In this document: one piece after another, positions 50,336 to 62,160 of the stretch
Position numbering within the stretch: position 1 is the first letter of the stretch
How the letters are laid out: each line of letters starts with the position of its first letter
Origin: Macrostomum hystrix
Taxonomy: Eukaryota; Animalia; Platyhelminthes
Assembly (NCBI GenBank): GCA_950097015.1
Contig: CATNEN010000003.1
Location: 10,664,001-10,728,000 of the forward strand
Length of the DNA: 64,000 nucleotides
Direction: 5' to 3'
Notes under the pieces: generated by a model
The model's database searches: none
What the model was told of the DNA's origin: nothing
What the model saw: only the letters and a program-made list of their open reading frames with translations
Program-made: the position numbers and the translations under genes

Positions 50336-50875
50336 TTGCTGCTGTTGCTGTGGAGGGGGAGGTGGCAGCGGTACTAGCGGTGGCGGCGGCGGCTGCTGCT
50401 GCTGATAATGCTGATGCTGTAGCTGAAGCTGCTGCTGCTGTTGCTGATGATGGTAAGGCTGCAGATGATGGTCTTGAAGGTAGGTCTGGTGATAGTTTTC
50501 AGTTAAATAAATTGCAGAAGAATCCTGGCTGAGATGCTGCTGCTGGTGCTGATGATGCATGCTGGCAGAATGCTGCAGACACTGCTGCTGATAAGACAGT
50601 GGCAGCTGATTATCAAACGGTCCGATGCACTCCGATGTTGAAGAAACTGCAGCCGCTGCTGCCGCTGCTGCTGCGGCTACATTGTAAACTTCGTCATCTG
50701 AGACGTAAGTAGTCAACTGCTGCTGCTGCTGCTGCTGATGTGGCAAAAATCCATTAGCAACATTGTAGCCTAGATACACTTGAGTATTCACATTGTGATC
50801 AGAAGTGGGCCACGTTGTGTCGGCTGGTACACAGCTGGGCTTCACATCAACTGCTGCTCGAGACTGCTCAGGACT

Positions 50876-50908
<33 letters not shown>

Positions 50909-51025
50909 AGCTAATGCAAAGTAGCTGTGCGTCCCAACTAGATTGGCGTCGACTGACTTGGTAGAAAAGGTATCTGGCTGCTGCTGCTGCTGTTGCAGTG
51001 CAGGCGAGCAGGCAGTCATCATCAT
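40304..51025 (-). CDS. Nuclear receptor with two tandem DNA-binding domains (2DBD-NR), 6 coding exons, ~779 aa
   Basis: join complement(51025..49996, 45223..45117, 44647..44500, 42422..41613, 41133..41038, 40452..40304); all GT-AG, phases consistent, 2340 nt. DBD1: [28 protein letters not shown]...[12 protein letters not shown]2: [27 protein letters not shown]...CKSCRFAKC. Then hinge [11 protein letters not shown] signature [11 protein letters not shown] and AF-2-like LLNELW. Confidence 0.9.
40501..40988 (+). repeat. Intronic minisatellite, 20-bp unit (caggagagtaatcagggtst)
   Basis: About 24 copies. Confidence 0.95.
41258..41525 (+). repeat. Intronic degenerate ~21-bp repeat (gagaaacaaakactggtagagt-like)
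   Basis: Tandem units, including a duplicated ~105-bp block. Confidence 0.75.
42772..43040 (-). mobile_element. tRNA-derived SINE, family 2 (most complete copy)
   Basis: Head ggttgtggcctagtggctagagcg...ggttcgattcccg has A and B boxes. The body (ttgcttcagttcacccagctgttaaatggg...cagtccatggactgaacag) is shared with copies at 45276 and 60264. Confidence 0.8.
43826..44495 (+). repeat. Intronic minisatellite, 16-bp unit (cccgtgtctcatctct)
   Basis: About 42 copies running up to the splice donor at 44499. Confidence 0.95.
44741..45080 (+). repeat. Intronic minisatellite, 20-bp unit (tctaacaggtaaacacccag)
   Basis: About 17 near-perfect copies in the intron that splits DBD2. Confidence 0.95.
45276..45445 (-). 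mobile_element. SINE family 2, truncated and internally deleted copy
   Basis: Shares ttgggccagat...tgctggtacccatttaacagctgg.tgaactgaa...gcagagtt...gaatcgaa.cccc.gacct with 42772..43040. Confidence 0.7.
46290..46710 (+). repeat. GA-rich low-complexity tract
   Basis: Almost purely purine sequence. Confidence 0.9.
47740..48945 (+). repeat. Minisatellite, 14-bp unit (gattctaccctccy)
   Basis: About 85 copies. Confidence 0.95.
49455..49910 (+). repeat. Minisatellite, 21-bp unit (ttagaatccgccccttcccta)
   Basis: About 21 copies. Confidence 0.95.
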
Positions 51026-51179
51026 GATCGCTAAGCTGTCTGAATGAAATCAGATTAGGAACCAGTTTTTGCCAGTTGTTTGGACATCTGTGATGCGATA
51101 TGTAACACGTATTTGACACTATCTGACAACCCTATCATGCTGAAAGTCTCATCATGTTTAAACCCAATCGCTCTGCCAC

Positions 51180-51697
51180 CCCAGTCATTCTGACACCCCA
51201 ATCACTCTGACAGACCAATCATTCTGACACCCCAATCATTCTGACACCCCAGTCATTCTGACACCCCAATCATTCTGACACCCCAGTCACTCTGACGCCC
51301 CAATCACTCTGACAGCCCAATCACTCTGACACCCCAATCACTCTGACAGCCCAATCACTCTGACAGACCAATCACTCTGACACCCCAATCACTCTGACAC
51401 CCCAATCACTCTGACACCCCAATCACTCTGACAGACCAATCACTCTGACACCCCAATCACTCTGACACCCCAATCACTCTGACACCCCAATCATTCTGAC
51501 ACCCCAATCACTCTGACACCCCAATCACTCTGACACCCCAATCACTCTGACACCCCAATCACTCTGACACCCCAATCACTCTGACACCCCAATCACTCTG
51601 ACACCCCAATCATTCTGACACCCCAATCACTCTGACACCCCAATCACTCTGACACCCCAATCACTCTGACACCCCAATCACTCTGACACCCCAATCA
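51180..51697 (+). repeat. Minisatellite, 17-bp unit (atcactctgacacccca)
   Basis: About 30 copies. Confidence 0.95.
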
Positions 51698-52382
51698 ATA
51701 ATATTAAAAGCTCAATTGTTTTTAAATCGATATTCAAAGTTCTAAAAATCATTATTAGATTTCACATCCCTTTGCTATATTAGCTATTGCATCAGGCCTA
51801 TACAACACTCCTTCTATAGTAGTGGGAGGTCCCGAACACGCAGATAGTCTATACTCGTAGGTAGTTATTACACCCTTGAGAAAAGCCAAAAGTGTGAAAA
51901 ATGGCTTTAACCATCTTAAAATTGTTTTTTATTATTTTTTCTTTCTGTCTGTCTCATAGAAAAGCAGTTTATGATAATATCTATATAAAGTTAGTCGTGG
52001 TCAAAGACTTCGCTTATGGATAGAGGAACAAAGAATTCATTTATGACTTTTATAAAGCCAATCCTACTATACTCAAAAGCAATTTCGGATAGAAATAAAC
52101 GACCCAGATATTGATCAAACAAATTTTAGTAACGTCTCTATTCAATAGCCTTTATTCAATTGGGATAGATGAAATCGCATTGCTGTTAAAAATGGATTTA
52201 ACTTCAGGTAAGAATTTAATAGTTTATTGCTTTTGCCGTCTGGAAAGGTTTTCTGTAGTTCGATTTTTTGTCTGTCTGGTTTAAAGACAATAATTTTTGT
52301 GAATATTACACATTTTAGGGTTCAAAAAATGTCTCTGGCTACAGGTAAGCCCCTGACTGTCAACTTAATGCTCTGCCAATTT

Positions 52383-52700
52383 CTACTCTCGTTCAGCCCC
52401 TATCTACTCTCATTCAGCACCTATCTACTCTCATTCAGCCCCTATCTACTCTCATTCAGCACCTATCTACTCTCATTCAGCACCTATCTACTCTCATTCA
52501 GCCCCTATCTACTCTCATTCAGCACCTATCTACTCTCATTCAGCACCTATCTACTCTCATTCAGCACCTATCTACTCTCATTCAGCACCTATCTACTCTC
52601 GTTCAGCACCTATCTACTCTCATTCAGCACCTATCTACTCTCGTTCAGCACCTATCTACTCTCATTCAGCACCTATCTACTCTTATTCAGCACCTATCTA
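52383..52700 (+). repeat. Minisatellite, 21-bp unit (tctactctcattcagcaccta)
   Basis: About 15 copies. Confidence 0.95.
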
Positions 52701-53322
52701 GTCCCCGTTATATTCAAATTTAATATCATTCTATCGCAGTCTACTCTCGTTCATTTCAAATCTCGTTCTACCCATTTCTATTATGCTGTCTACATCATCG
52801 TTACTAGAAGTCGTTACTCAAAATCAGAGCCCTTATAAATACTTAAATAAATTTTGCGAAGCCTCTCTCTCACAATTGACTTCGCGATCGTAAATCACTG
52901 TGCGTCGAAATAATAAAAAACTGATTTCGATTTTTAAATCGGGAATTAGAGGCTTCCTATTATCGAACTTCGAAAAAGTCTAGTCTATAAACCACAGTTG
53001 ATAAATTTTTTTCACATAAAAAACGAATGGCCTATTAAAATCTACCCGCATAATTTGCCAAAATTTCGTATAAATTAATTTCATTTATCTAGAGTCAATA
53101 CACTATCTTTATTAAACTTCACAGTCATTATTTTTATATAAACTTAGTTGCCATATCAATGCGTTAAAAAATAACCTATCAATTGTCCAGTATAGCATTT
53201 TTTGTCTTATCACCACACATCAACTAGTAGCTCGTACACAAGCCCGAATTTGATTTATGAAGCTTTCAAATTCAGTTTTCACCCTGTCAACAATGTTTCA
53301 TGCTCTCAGTTGAGCAACTTGG

Positions 53323-54125
53323 CTACTCTACCAATCTCCCTACTCACCTAACTCTCTCCCTACTCACCCAACTCTCTCCCTACTCACCCAACTCTCTCCC
53401 TACTCACCTAACTCTCTCCCTACTCACCCAACTCTCTCCCTACTCACCCAACTCTCTCCCTACTCACCCAACTCTCTCCCTACTCACCCAACTCTCTCCC
53501 TACTCACCCAACTCTTTCCCTACTCACCCAACTCTCTCCCTACTCACCTAACTCTCTCCCTACTCACCCAACTCTCTCCCTACTCACCCAATTCTCTCCC
53601 TACTCACCCAACTCTCTCCCTACTCATCCAACTCTCTCCCTACTCACCCAACTCTCTCCCTACTCACCCAACTCTCTCCCTACTCACCCAACTCTCTCCC
53701 TACTCACCCAACTCTCTCTATACTCACCAAACTCTCTTCCTACTCACCTAAATCCCCAATCTCGCTACTCTACCAATCTCCCTACTCTACCAATCTCCCT
53801 ACTCTACCGATCTCCCTACTCTACCCATCTCCCTACTCTACCAATCTCCCTACTCTACCCATCTCCCTACTCTACCTATCTCCCTACTCTACCTATCTCC
53901 CTACTCTACCAATCTCCCTACTCTACCTATCTCCCTACTCTACCAATCTCCCTACTCTACCAATCTCCCTACTCTACCCATCTCCCTACTCTACCAATCT
54001 CCCTACTCTACCAATCTCCCTACTCTACCCATCTCCCTACTCTACCAATCTCCCTACTCTACCAATCTCCCTACTCTACCCATCTCCCTACTCTACCAAT
54101 CTCCCTACTCTACCAATCTCCCTAC
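53323..54125 (+). repeat. Compound minisatellite: 20-bp (tactcacccaactctctccc) then 17-bp (tctccctactctaccaa)
   Basis: Two adjacent arrays share tctccctactc. Confidence 0.95.
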
Positions 54126-54365
54126 TTTTCGATTGTCCCTACTCTTCTAATCCTTTTTAAACCTCTTTATCAACCTATTCGTTTCTTAAATCTATGACAG
54201 ACTTTTAAAAGTCTGCTTTTCAATTTACAGTTTCAATTAAAAAATTTGCAATAGTATTTTGCGCTCCTATTTTTTGGATACATTTTATTTCGAAGACTAT
54301 ATTCTAAATGTATTAGTTTGTGAAGAAAAACAAAAACGAGCTTTTTTCAAAAATATCGAACTCAC

Positions 54366-54725
54366 CGTTTATTATCTGAGGGGCTAGTAGTGGTCCAATG
54401 CAGAGCCCGAAAGCCAATAGATGGTTAACAAAACTGTCTTTAACAGTAGTCTTAATATTCAGTAACGTATTTAGCTAAATTCTATATTGAATAGTTCATT
54501 AAAAAAGGAATACACTTCTTTGAATCTGATGAAGAACGGTTTTTATTGAACATATAGTCCCGCATTCGCTTTATTTTTAGCGTGCGGTCGATTGCTCATT
54601 GGCTGGCAGATTCCGACAGACCCTTGTGGGCCTTTAGCCCAGCCAATGAGAGTTGAGGTCGGCGCTACAGGGCTAAGCTCTGTTGCCATGGCTCAGAATG
54701 GGCCTGGAGATTGCTCATTGGCGGA
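54366..54725 (-). promoter_or_regulatory. Candidate promoter and non-coding first exon of the 2DBD-NR gene
   Basis: A minus-strand donor AACG|gtgagt at 54365 and five CCAAT/ATTGG boxes between ~54395 and 54721. The first coding exon is preceded by an acceptor (tttcattcag| at 51040), so an upstream exon or a trans-spliced leader is expected. Confidence 0.35.
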
Positions 54726-54837
54726 GTGGCAATCGATGGCTTAAAGCTCAAAACTACTCTGCGAGATTTCATAATTTTTTGTCTGCTCAACCTGTCTGCT
54801 GTCTTGATATTTCCTATCTGTTTGATCAGGTTTCTAG

Positions 54838-55430
54838 TCGTCTCTCTCCTCTCTCCTCTATTCTCTGTCCTCTCTTACTCCCCTCTACACTCTCCCTTCT
54901 CCTGTCCCTTATCTCCTCTCTCCTCTTCCCGTCTCTCCTCTCCCCGTCTCTCCTCTTCCCTCTCTCCCCTCTCTCCCCTCTCCCCTCTCTCCTCTCCCAC
55001 ACTCTCCCCTCCCCTCTCTCCTCTCCCCCTCTCTCCGCTCTCCCTCTCTCCTCTCCCCGTCTCTCCTCTCTCCTCTCTCCTCTCCCCGTCTCTCCTCTAC
55101 CCGTCTCTCCTCTCCCCTCTCTCCTCTCCCCTCTCTCCTCTCCCCGTCTCTCCTCTCCCCTCTTTCCCCTCCCGGTCTCTCCTCTCCCCGTCTCTCCCCG
55201 TCTCTCTCCTCTCTCCTCTCCCCGTCTCTCCTCTCCCTTCTTTCCTCTCCCCTCTCTCCTCTCCCCTCTCTCCTCTCCCCCCTCTCTCCGCTCTCCCTCT
55301 CTCCTCTCCCCTCTCTCCTCTCCCCCTCTCTCCTCTCCCCGTCTCTCCTCTCCCCTCTCCCCGTCTCTCCTCTATCTTCTATTCTTTTTCTTCTATTCTC
55401 TCCCCACCCTTCTCCCCTCTCTCCTTCCTT
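54838..55430 (+). repeat. CT-rich low-complexity tract
   Basis: Almost purely pyrimidine sequence. Confidence 0.9.
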
Positions 55431-56207
55431 GTCAAAACGCTTTCGTCTCTTCTGCACACTTTCCCTTCTGGCCTTTCTTCCCTCTATCTGCCTACTGCAA
55501 TATATAGTTTAGTAAGTATTAGGCAGTCACTACATTCGCATCTATTCGATACATAATCCTATACATTTAAGAGACGCATATCCGCATATATACAAACACA
55601 AAAATAAGCAGTCCAAATTCTGGGTCGCGTTCTGTCAGCTGGTGTAACATAATCTACTATGTAAATGCATTATTTGGGCACGCAGCGAATTCGCAACAGC
55701 ACCCGCAAACACACGCTCTATATTTACAATGAGCTCATTGCCCTTACCTATTGCTGCTCTGACTGCTATATTTTTTTCAACGCAAGGCATGCAGTCAGCA
55801 ATTTTAATATTATTAATACTCGAACATATTTTTTAGGCACTCTCACTTTCCATGAAGATGATTCGCACAGTTTTGTTTTCAATTTCATCGAATTAACATT
55901 TTCATGAAAAGTGGGCAGCTTGCAGGGTTTTTAAATATTATGTAGGCAGGCGATAAGGACCTGAAGTTTCACTGTTATAGCGGAATCTTGCTAAAATTCG
56001 GACGTAAACTTTATAAGCTGTGAACCAAATTTTGGATTTCAAAAAATGGCTATATTTATTCTGCATATACACTGGGTCACTAGCCTCAGTCAATCTACAA
56101 ATCAGCGACAGAAGCAGCAGCAACAACAGGAGCAACGAAAAATGTTTCAATAAAAAGACTAAATATAAATATACACATATAAATGATGGCTATAGCCTCG
56201 ATTGAGA

Positions 56208-57288
56208 TGATAGCAACCTGTTAGATAGAGATACCAACCGGTTAGATACAGATAGCAACCTGTCATATAGAGATAACAACCTGTTAGATACAGATACCAA
56301 CCTGTTAGATACAGATACCAACCTGTTAGATACAGATACCAACCTGTTAGATACAGATAGCAACCTGTCAGATAGAGATAGCAACCTGTTAGATAGAGAT
56401 AGCTACCTGTTTGATAGAGATAGCAACCTGTCAGATAGAGATAACAACCTGTTAGATACAGATACCAACCTGTTAGATAAATATAGCAACCTGTCAGATA
56501 GAGATAGCAACCTGTCAGATAGAGATAGCAACCTGTTAGATAGAGATAGCTACCTGTTTGATAGAGATAGCAACCTGTTAGATACAGATAGCAACCTGTT
56601 AGATAGAGATAGCTACCTGTTTGATAGAGATAGCAACCTGTCAGATAGAGATAACAACCTGTTAGATACAGATACCAACCTGTTAGATACAGATAGCAAC
56701 CTGTTAGATAGAGATAGCTACCTGTTTGATAGAGATAGCAACCTGTTAGATAGAGATAGCAACCTGTTAGATAGAGATAGCTACCTGTTTGATAGAGATA
56801 GCTACCTGTTTGATAGAGATAGCTACCTGTTAGATAGAGATAGCAACCTGTTAGATACAGATAGCAACCTGTTAGATACAGATAGCAACCTGTTAGATAC
56901 AGATAGCAACCTGTTAGATAGAGATGGCAACCTGTTAGATAGAGATAGCAACCTGTTAGATACAGATAGCAACCTGTTAGATAGAGATAACAACCTGTTA
57001 GATATAGATAGCAACCTGTTAGATACAGATAGCAACCTGTTAGATAGAGATAACAACCTGTTAGATAGAGATAGCAACCTGTTAGATAGAGATAGCAACC
57101 TGTCAGATAGAGATAGCAACCTGTTAGATATAGATAGCAACCTGTTAGATAGAGATAACAACCTGTTAGATATAGATAGCAACCTGTTAGATAGAGATAG
57201 CAACCTGTTAGATAGAGATAGCAACCTGTTAGATATAGATAGCAACCTGTTAGATATAGATAGCAACCTGTTAGATAGAGATAGCAAC
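56208..57288 (+). repeat. Minisatellite, 21-bp unit (gatagcaacctgttagatasa)
   Basis: About 51 copies. Confidence 0.95.
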
Positions 57289-57303
57289 AAGAATAGACAA
57301 GAA

Positions 57304-58006
57304 TAGAATCCTGTTAGACAATTATAGAATCCTGTTAGACAATTATAGAATCCTGTTAGACAATTATAGAATCCTGTTAGACAATTATAGAATCCTGTTA
57401 GACAATTATAGAATCCTGTTAGACAATTATAGAATCCTGTTAGACAATTATAGAATCCTGTTAGACAATTATAGAATCCTTTTAGACAATTATAGAATCC
57501 TGTTAGACAATTATAGAATCCTGTTAGACAATTATAGAATCCTGTTAGACAATTATAGAATCCTGTTAGACAATTATAGAATCCTGTTAGACAATTATAG
57601 AATCCTGTTAGACAATTATAGAATCCTGTTAGACAATTATAGAATCCTGTTAGACAATTATAGAATCCTGTTAGACAATTATAGAATCCTGTTAGACAAT
57701 TATAGAATCCTGTTAGACAATTATAGAATCCTGTTAGACAATTATAGAATCCTGTTAGACAATTATAGAAACCTGTTAGACAATTATAGAATCCTGTTAG
57801 ACAATTATAGAATCCTGTTAGACAATTATAGAATCCTGTTAGACAATTATAGAATCCTGTTAGACAATTATAGAATCCTGTTAGACAATTATAGAATCCT
57901 GTTAGACAATTATAGAATCCTGTTAGACAATTATAGAATCCTGTTAGACAATTATAGAATCCTGTTAGACAATTATAGAATCCTGTTAGACAATTATAGA
58001 ATCCTG
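57304..58006 (+). repeat. Minisatellite, 21-bp unit (aatcctgttagacaattatag)
   Basis: About 33 near-perfect copies. Confidence 0.95.
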
Positions 58007-58609
58007 ATAAAGCAAAAATAAAAAATTGTAAGCGTTTTTAAAGAAACTTTACTTTAGCTTCCCAGACAACTAAAAAATAGTTTTCTGCTTTTGCGAGAGG
58101 AAATTAGAAAATAAAAGAATCAACAAATACGGCTATTAAGGGGGGGGAAACGAATCCGTGGGAATTTTTCGGTCGATGTCTAAAATCATTCTTTATAATG
58201 ATGAATATTCCATGTGACCCCATCTACTAAAGAAACAAAAAAGAACAGTGGAAGAGTATACAGGTTGGTTTACTATAAACTATTTAGAATCTGCAATCGT
58301 CCTATAGCAAAAAATTAGTTTCCAGCCTAACATAGCTGTAATACTACGTAGTTAACGTAGACATCCCAAATTTGGGTCAATTTTTTGGGTGCCATAAAGT
58401 CTGAACGAGCTGACACAGGCGCTATTGTATCAGTGATTTGATTCACTAATATTATAGCTCTATTGTACTGAATGCTTACTGCAAATACACTATTAGCTTA
58501 TTTTATTTGTTTATGACTGGCGTTGGCCGAAATTTTAATTCTGAATAATATCTTTTTATTTAATTGCTTTCAACCTGCTAGACTTCAAGGCAAACACCGG
58601 TCAGACAAG

Positions 58610-58995
58610 ACTCCTGTTAGACAAGACAACCTCCTGTTAGACAGGACACTCTCCTGTCAGAAAAGATAATCTCCTGTTAGACAGGACACACTCCTGTTAG
58701 ACAGTACACACTCCTGTTAGACAGGACACACTCCTGTTAGACAGGACACACTCCTGTTAGACAGGACACACTCCTGTTAGACAGTACACACTCCTGTTAG
58801 ACAGGACACACTCCTGTTAGACAGTACACACTCCTGTTAGACAGGACACACTCCTGTTAGACAGTACACACTCCTGTTAGACAGGACAACCTCCTGTTAG
58901 ACATGGTTAGCTCCTGTCAGACAAGACTGTCTCCTGTTACACAAGACACTCTCCTGTTAGACAAGGCACATGTTAGACGAGACATCCACTTGTTA
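58610..58995 (+). repeat. Minisatellite, 20-bp unit (ctcctgttagacaggacaca)
   Basis: About 19 copies. Confidence 0.95.
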
Positions 58996-59216
58996 GACAG
59001 AAATATTACCTGCTGGAAAATAAACAATAAACAAGTAAAATTGATTTTCTCTCAAAAATGAAAAGAAAACGAATTCAAAAAGCATCTATAATTACGAAGG
59101 TGTATTTTATAATGTTTTTTAATCGAATTATTGAATTTTTAAGTTAATTGTGAAACAAAGGAAATCAGGATTCTAAAAAAAAGTTTGTCATAAACGTTCC
59201 AAAGTCCATGTTGCCC

Positions 59217-61092
59217 TCACAGCAGCGGGTTTGTGTCCTCGTTGCCTTTGCCAATGGATTCCGCGGCGTCAGTCGAAGACGGGTCTGCGGCCTGACGAAG
59301 GCTGTGGCACTGTCGATAAATTCCAGTCTTGGATTTATTGCACGTCCAGACAGATGGCAGCAGCAGCAGCAGCAGCAGCATCTGGCAGGCGGTGAGACAG
59401 CACAGGGCACACAGCAGGGCAAGGCACCAATTTCCGCGGCTGGAGCTGACAGCATCGCCGGAGCGGTCGGGGAAGCCGCCAGCCGTCAGCAGGCTTTGCA
59501 GCCGGTGGATCTCCAGGTGGGCCGATTTGTCCTGGAGAATGGCGGTCGCCACCAGCTGGCTGAGTGTGAGGCAGTGGGCCAGCAGCAGCACAAACAGACA
59601 CGAGCCGGGCAGTCTGCCGGCAAAGCAGGCGTACAGAGTGCCAGTAAGGCTGACGCAATAGCACATAAGCAATCCCACAGCCAATAGGAACAGGGCACGG
59701 ATGCAGTCCAAGTAGATTCGACTCGGACTGTCCGTGGACAGAGGAGCCGATGATGACCAGCGCAGGTCAATGAACCAGCAGTGGTCAGGAGACTCAGACG
59801 ACTCTTCCACCTGCGAGTTTGAGCAGGGTAATCGATTGCGATTGAGGGGATCTAGATCTTGGAGGGAATCTACATCTAGGTGGGGATCTACATCTAGGTG
59901 GGGATCTACATCTAGGAGGGGATCTACATCTAGGTGGGGATCTACATCTAGGTGGGGATCTACATCTAGGTGGGGATCTACATCTAGGTGGGGATCTACA
60001 TCTAGGTGGGGATCTAGATCTAGGAGGGATCTAGATCTAGGAGAGGATCTAGATCTAGGAGGGGATCTAGATCTAGGAGAGTATCTAGATCTAGGCGAGG
60101 GTCTAGATCTAGGAGGGGATCTAGGTCTAGGAGAGGATCTAGATCTAGGAGAGGATCTAAATCTAGGAGAGGATCTAGATCTAGGAAGGGATCTAGGTGG
60201 TAATCTAGATCTAGGAGGGATCTAGTAGGAGCATGCTAATTAATAATAACACCTGCTCCGAATGACCTAGATGTGTAACCGACAGCACAGCCGCAGCTAT
60301 TGCGCGGCGCATTGGCAGGCTGCTGCGTACGGCTGTTCAGTCCATGGACTGAGGGTACGCCACACCCACCCTTAGTTACCCCAGCTAATGCTGATACCCA
60401 TTTAACTGCTGGTGAGCTGAAGCAATGCAGAGTTAAACTGTCTAAATTAAGCACACAAATTGTTCCAGTAGATTCAGGAATCGAACCCCCGACCTTCCAG
60501 GTCGCGACAAAAAATTTTTTTTGTTAATTTATTAGGTTTCCAAGAATATCGCTAAAGTTGAAGGTTCATTAAAATAGATCACCTTCGCAGACTGATTGCG
60601 ACCATCCATTGTTGTGGCATTGATTGTTCCAGCCAGTATCTCCAGCATGTGACTCATCAAATTATGGCTTGAATTATTGGCCTGCCACTGCTGCTGCTGC
60701 TGCCTTTGCTGCTGATTTGATGTAGAATTAGCAGTCTTCGTATCGCGCCTCAGCAGCAGACACTCGCGAAATGCGTTAGCGGTTCGATTGTGAAGCAACG
60801 GGTCCCTTTTCAGAACCTCTCGCTGCTTAGCAATATCGTCAGCTTCATCAGTTGTACTATTCGCTAACAGGGCTCCAATGAGATCAGAGTCAACCTGAAC
60901 AGTCCTCCATGCTGGTACCAGCAGTACAAACACGTACAATAGTGTGGCTGCGAGGCAAAGAGCAGTTGCGAAGGCCAACACTCTAGAAGTATTAGCCTGT
61001 ACTCTGGCCGAATTTAGCAAAGACGACTTTGAGCAGGCGCCAAAGTTGCAGTTGCAGCTTCTGTTGGTTCCATGTTCCGTTGACGATGGCAT
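59217..61092 (-). CDS. Four-TM membrane protein, claudin/PMP22-like topology, 2 exons, ~367 aa
   Basis: join complement(61092..60583, 59810..59217); AAG|gtgatc ... ctcgcag|GTG, phase 0. TM1 is followed by W (LVPAW), then a large loop with 'AFRECL' and a second Cys (HCW) plus several NxS/T sites, then three more hydrophobic helices. The family call is by pattern only. Confidence 0.65.
59848..60225 (+). repeat. Intronic minisatellite, 18-bp unit (ggatctasatctaggwgg)
   Basis: About 20 copies. Confidence 0.9.
60264..60508 (-). mobile_element. SINE family 2, 5'-truncated copy
   Basis: Colinear with 42772..43040 (gcagctattgcgcgg, ctgcgtacggctgttcagtccatggactg, acacaaattgttcca...gaatcgaacccc). Confidence 0.8.
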
Positions 61093-61606
61093 GGCTTGGC
61101 TGTAATTCGTGAACGCAATGCGCTATACACAAAAGACAGAATATTTAGAGCGGCACTTGAAACCTAAATGATTTTTATCTTCGATGATATAACAATTATC
61201 GATCGATAAGAAAAAAAATCCGACCCTGCAGTAAGGGGTAGACATTTTGGATAGAGGGGTTTGCGGCAGGCATTCTTACTCGTTGCTGATTGGTTTGTTT
61301 ATGTGACCCGTCATTCGGCTCAGTCTAACCCCCAACCCCATTTTAAGCTTTAATGTTCATTGCTGTTTTCAATTTGTACATTTGTAGGCGTTTGTAGCAT
61401 CATTCTCAATTTGATCAGCTATAGTGTTTTTTTCATCGAATATGAAAATGTTCAAATTTTTCCGCGTGATATTTAAGCAGTACTTACGGCAAAATCATTG
61501 CGTCTAAAATATAAAAGTACAAGCTTTGCAAAGCATCATTCATTGTGCGAGAATGATGCAAAAAAACTGTTCTTCAAATTTCAGAAATCTCCCCTTTATT
61601 ATAGGC

Positions 61607-62160
61607 TTCTAGAATCCACCCCTTCAATCTTCTAGAATCCGCCCCATCAATCTTCTAGAATCCGCCCTTCAATCTTCTAGAATCCTCCCATTCAAGCTTC
61701 TAGAATCCGCCCCTTCAATCTTCTAGAATCCGCCCCTTCAATCTTCTAGAATCCGCCCCTTCAATCTTCTAGAATCCGCCCCTTCAATCTTCTAGAATCC
61801 GCCCCTTCAATCTTCTAGAATCCGCCCATTCAAGCTTCTAGAATCCGCCCCATCAATCTTCTAGATTCCTCCCATTCAAGCTTCTAGAATCCACCCCTTT
61901 AATCTTCTAGAATCCGCCCCTTTAATCTTCTAGAATCCGCCCCTTCAATCTTCTAGAATCCGCCCCTTCAATCTTCTAGAATCCGCCCCTTTAAGCTTCT
62001 AGAATCCGCCCCTTCAATCTTCTAGAATCCGCCCCTTCAATCTTCTAGAATCCGCCCCTTCAATCTTCTAGAATCCGCCCCTTCAATCTTCTAGAATCCG
62101 CCCCTTCAATCTTCTAGAATCCGCCCCTTCAAGCTTCTAGAATCCGCCCTTTAAGCTTCT
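61607..62160 (+). repeat. Minisatellite, 23-bp unit (atcttctagaatccgccccttca)
   Basis: About 24 copies. Confidence 0.95.
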
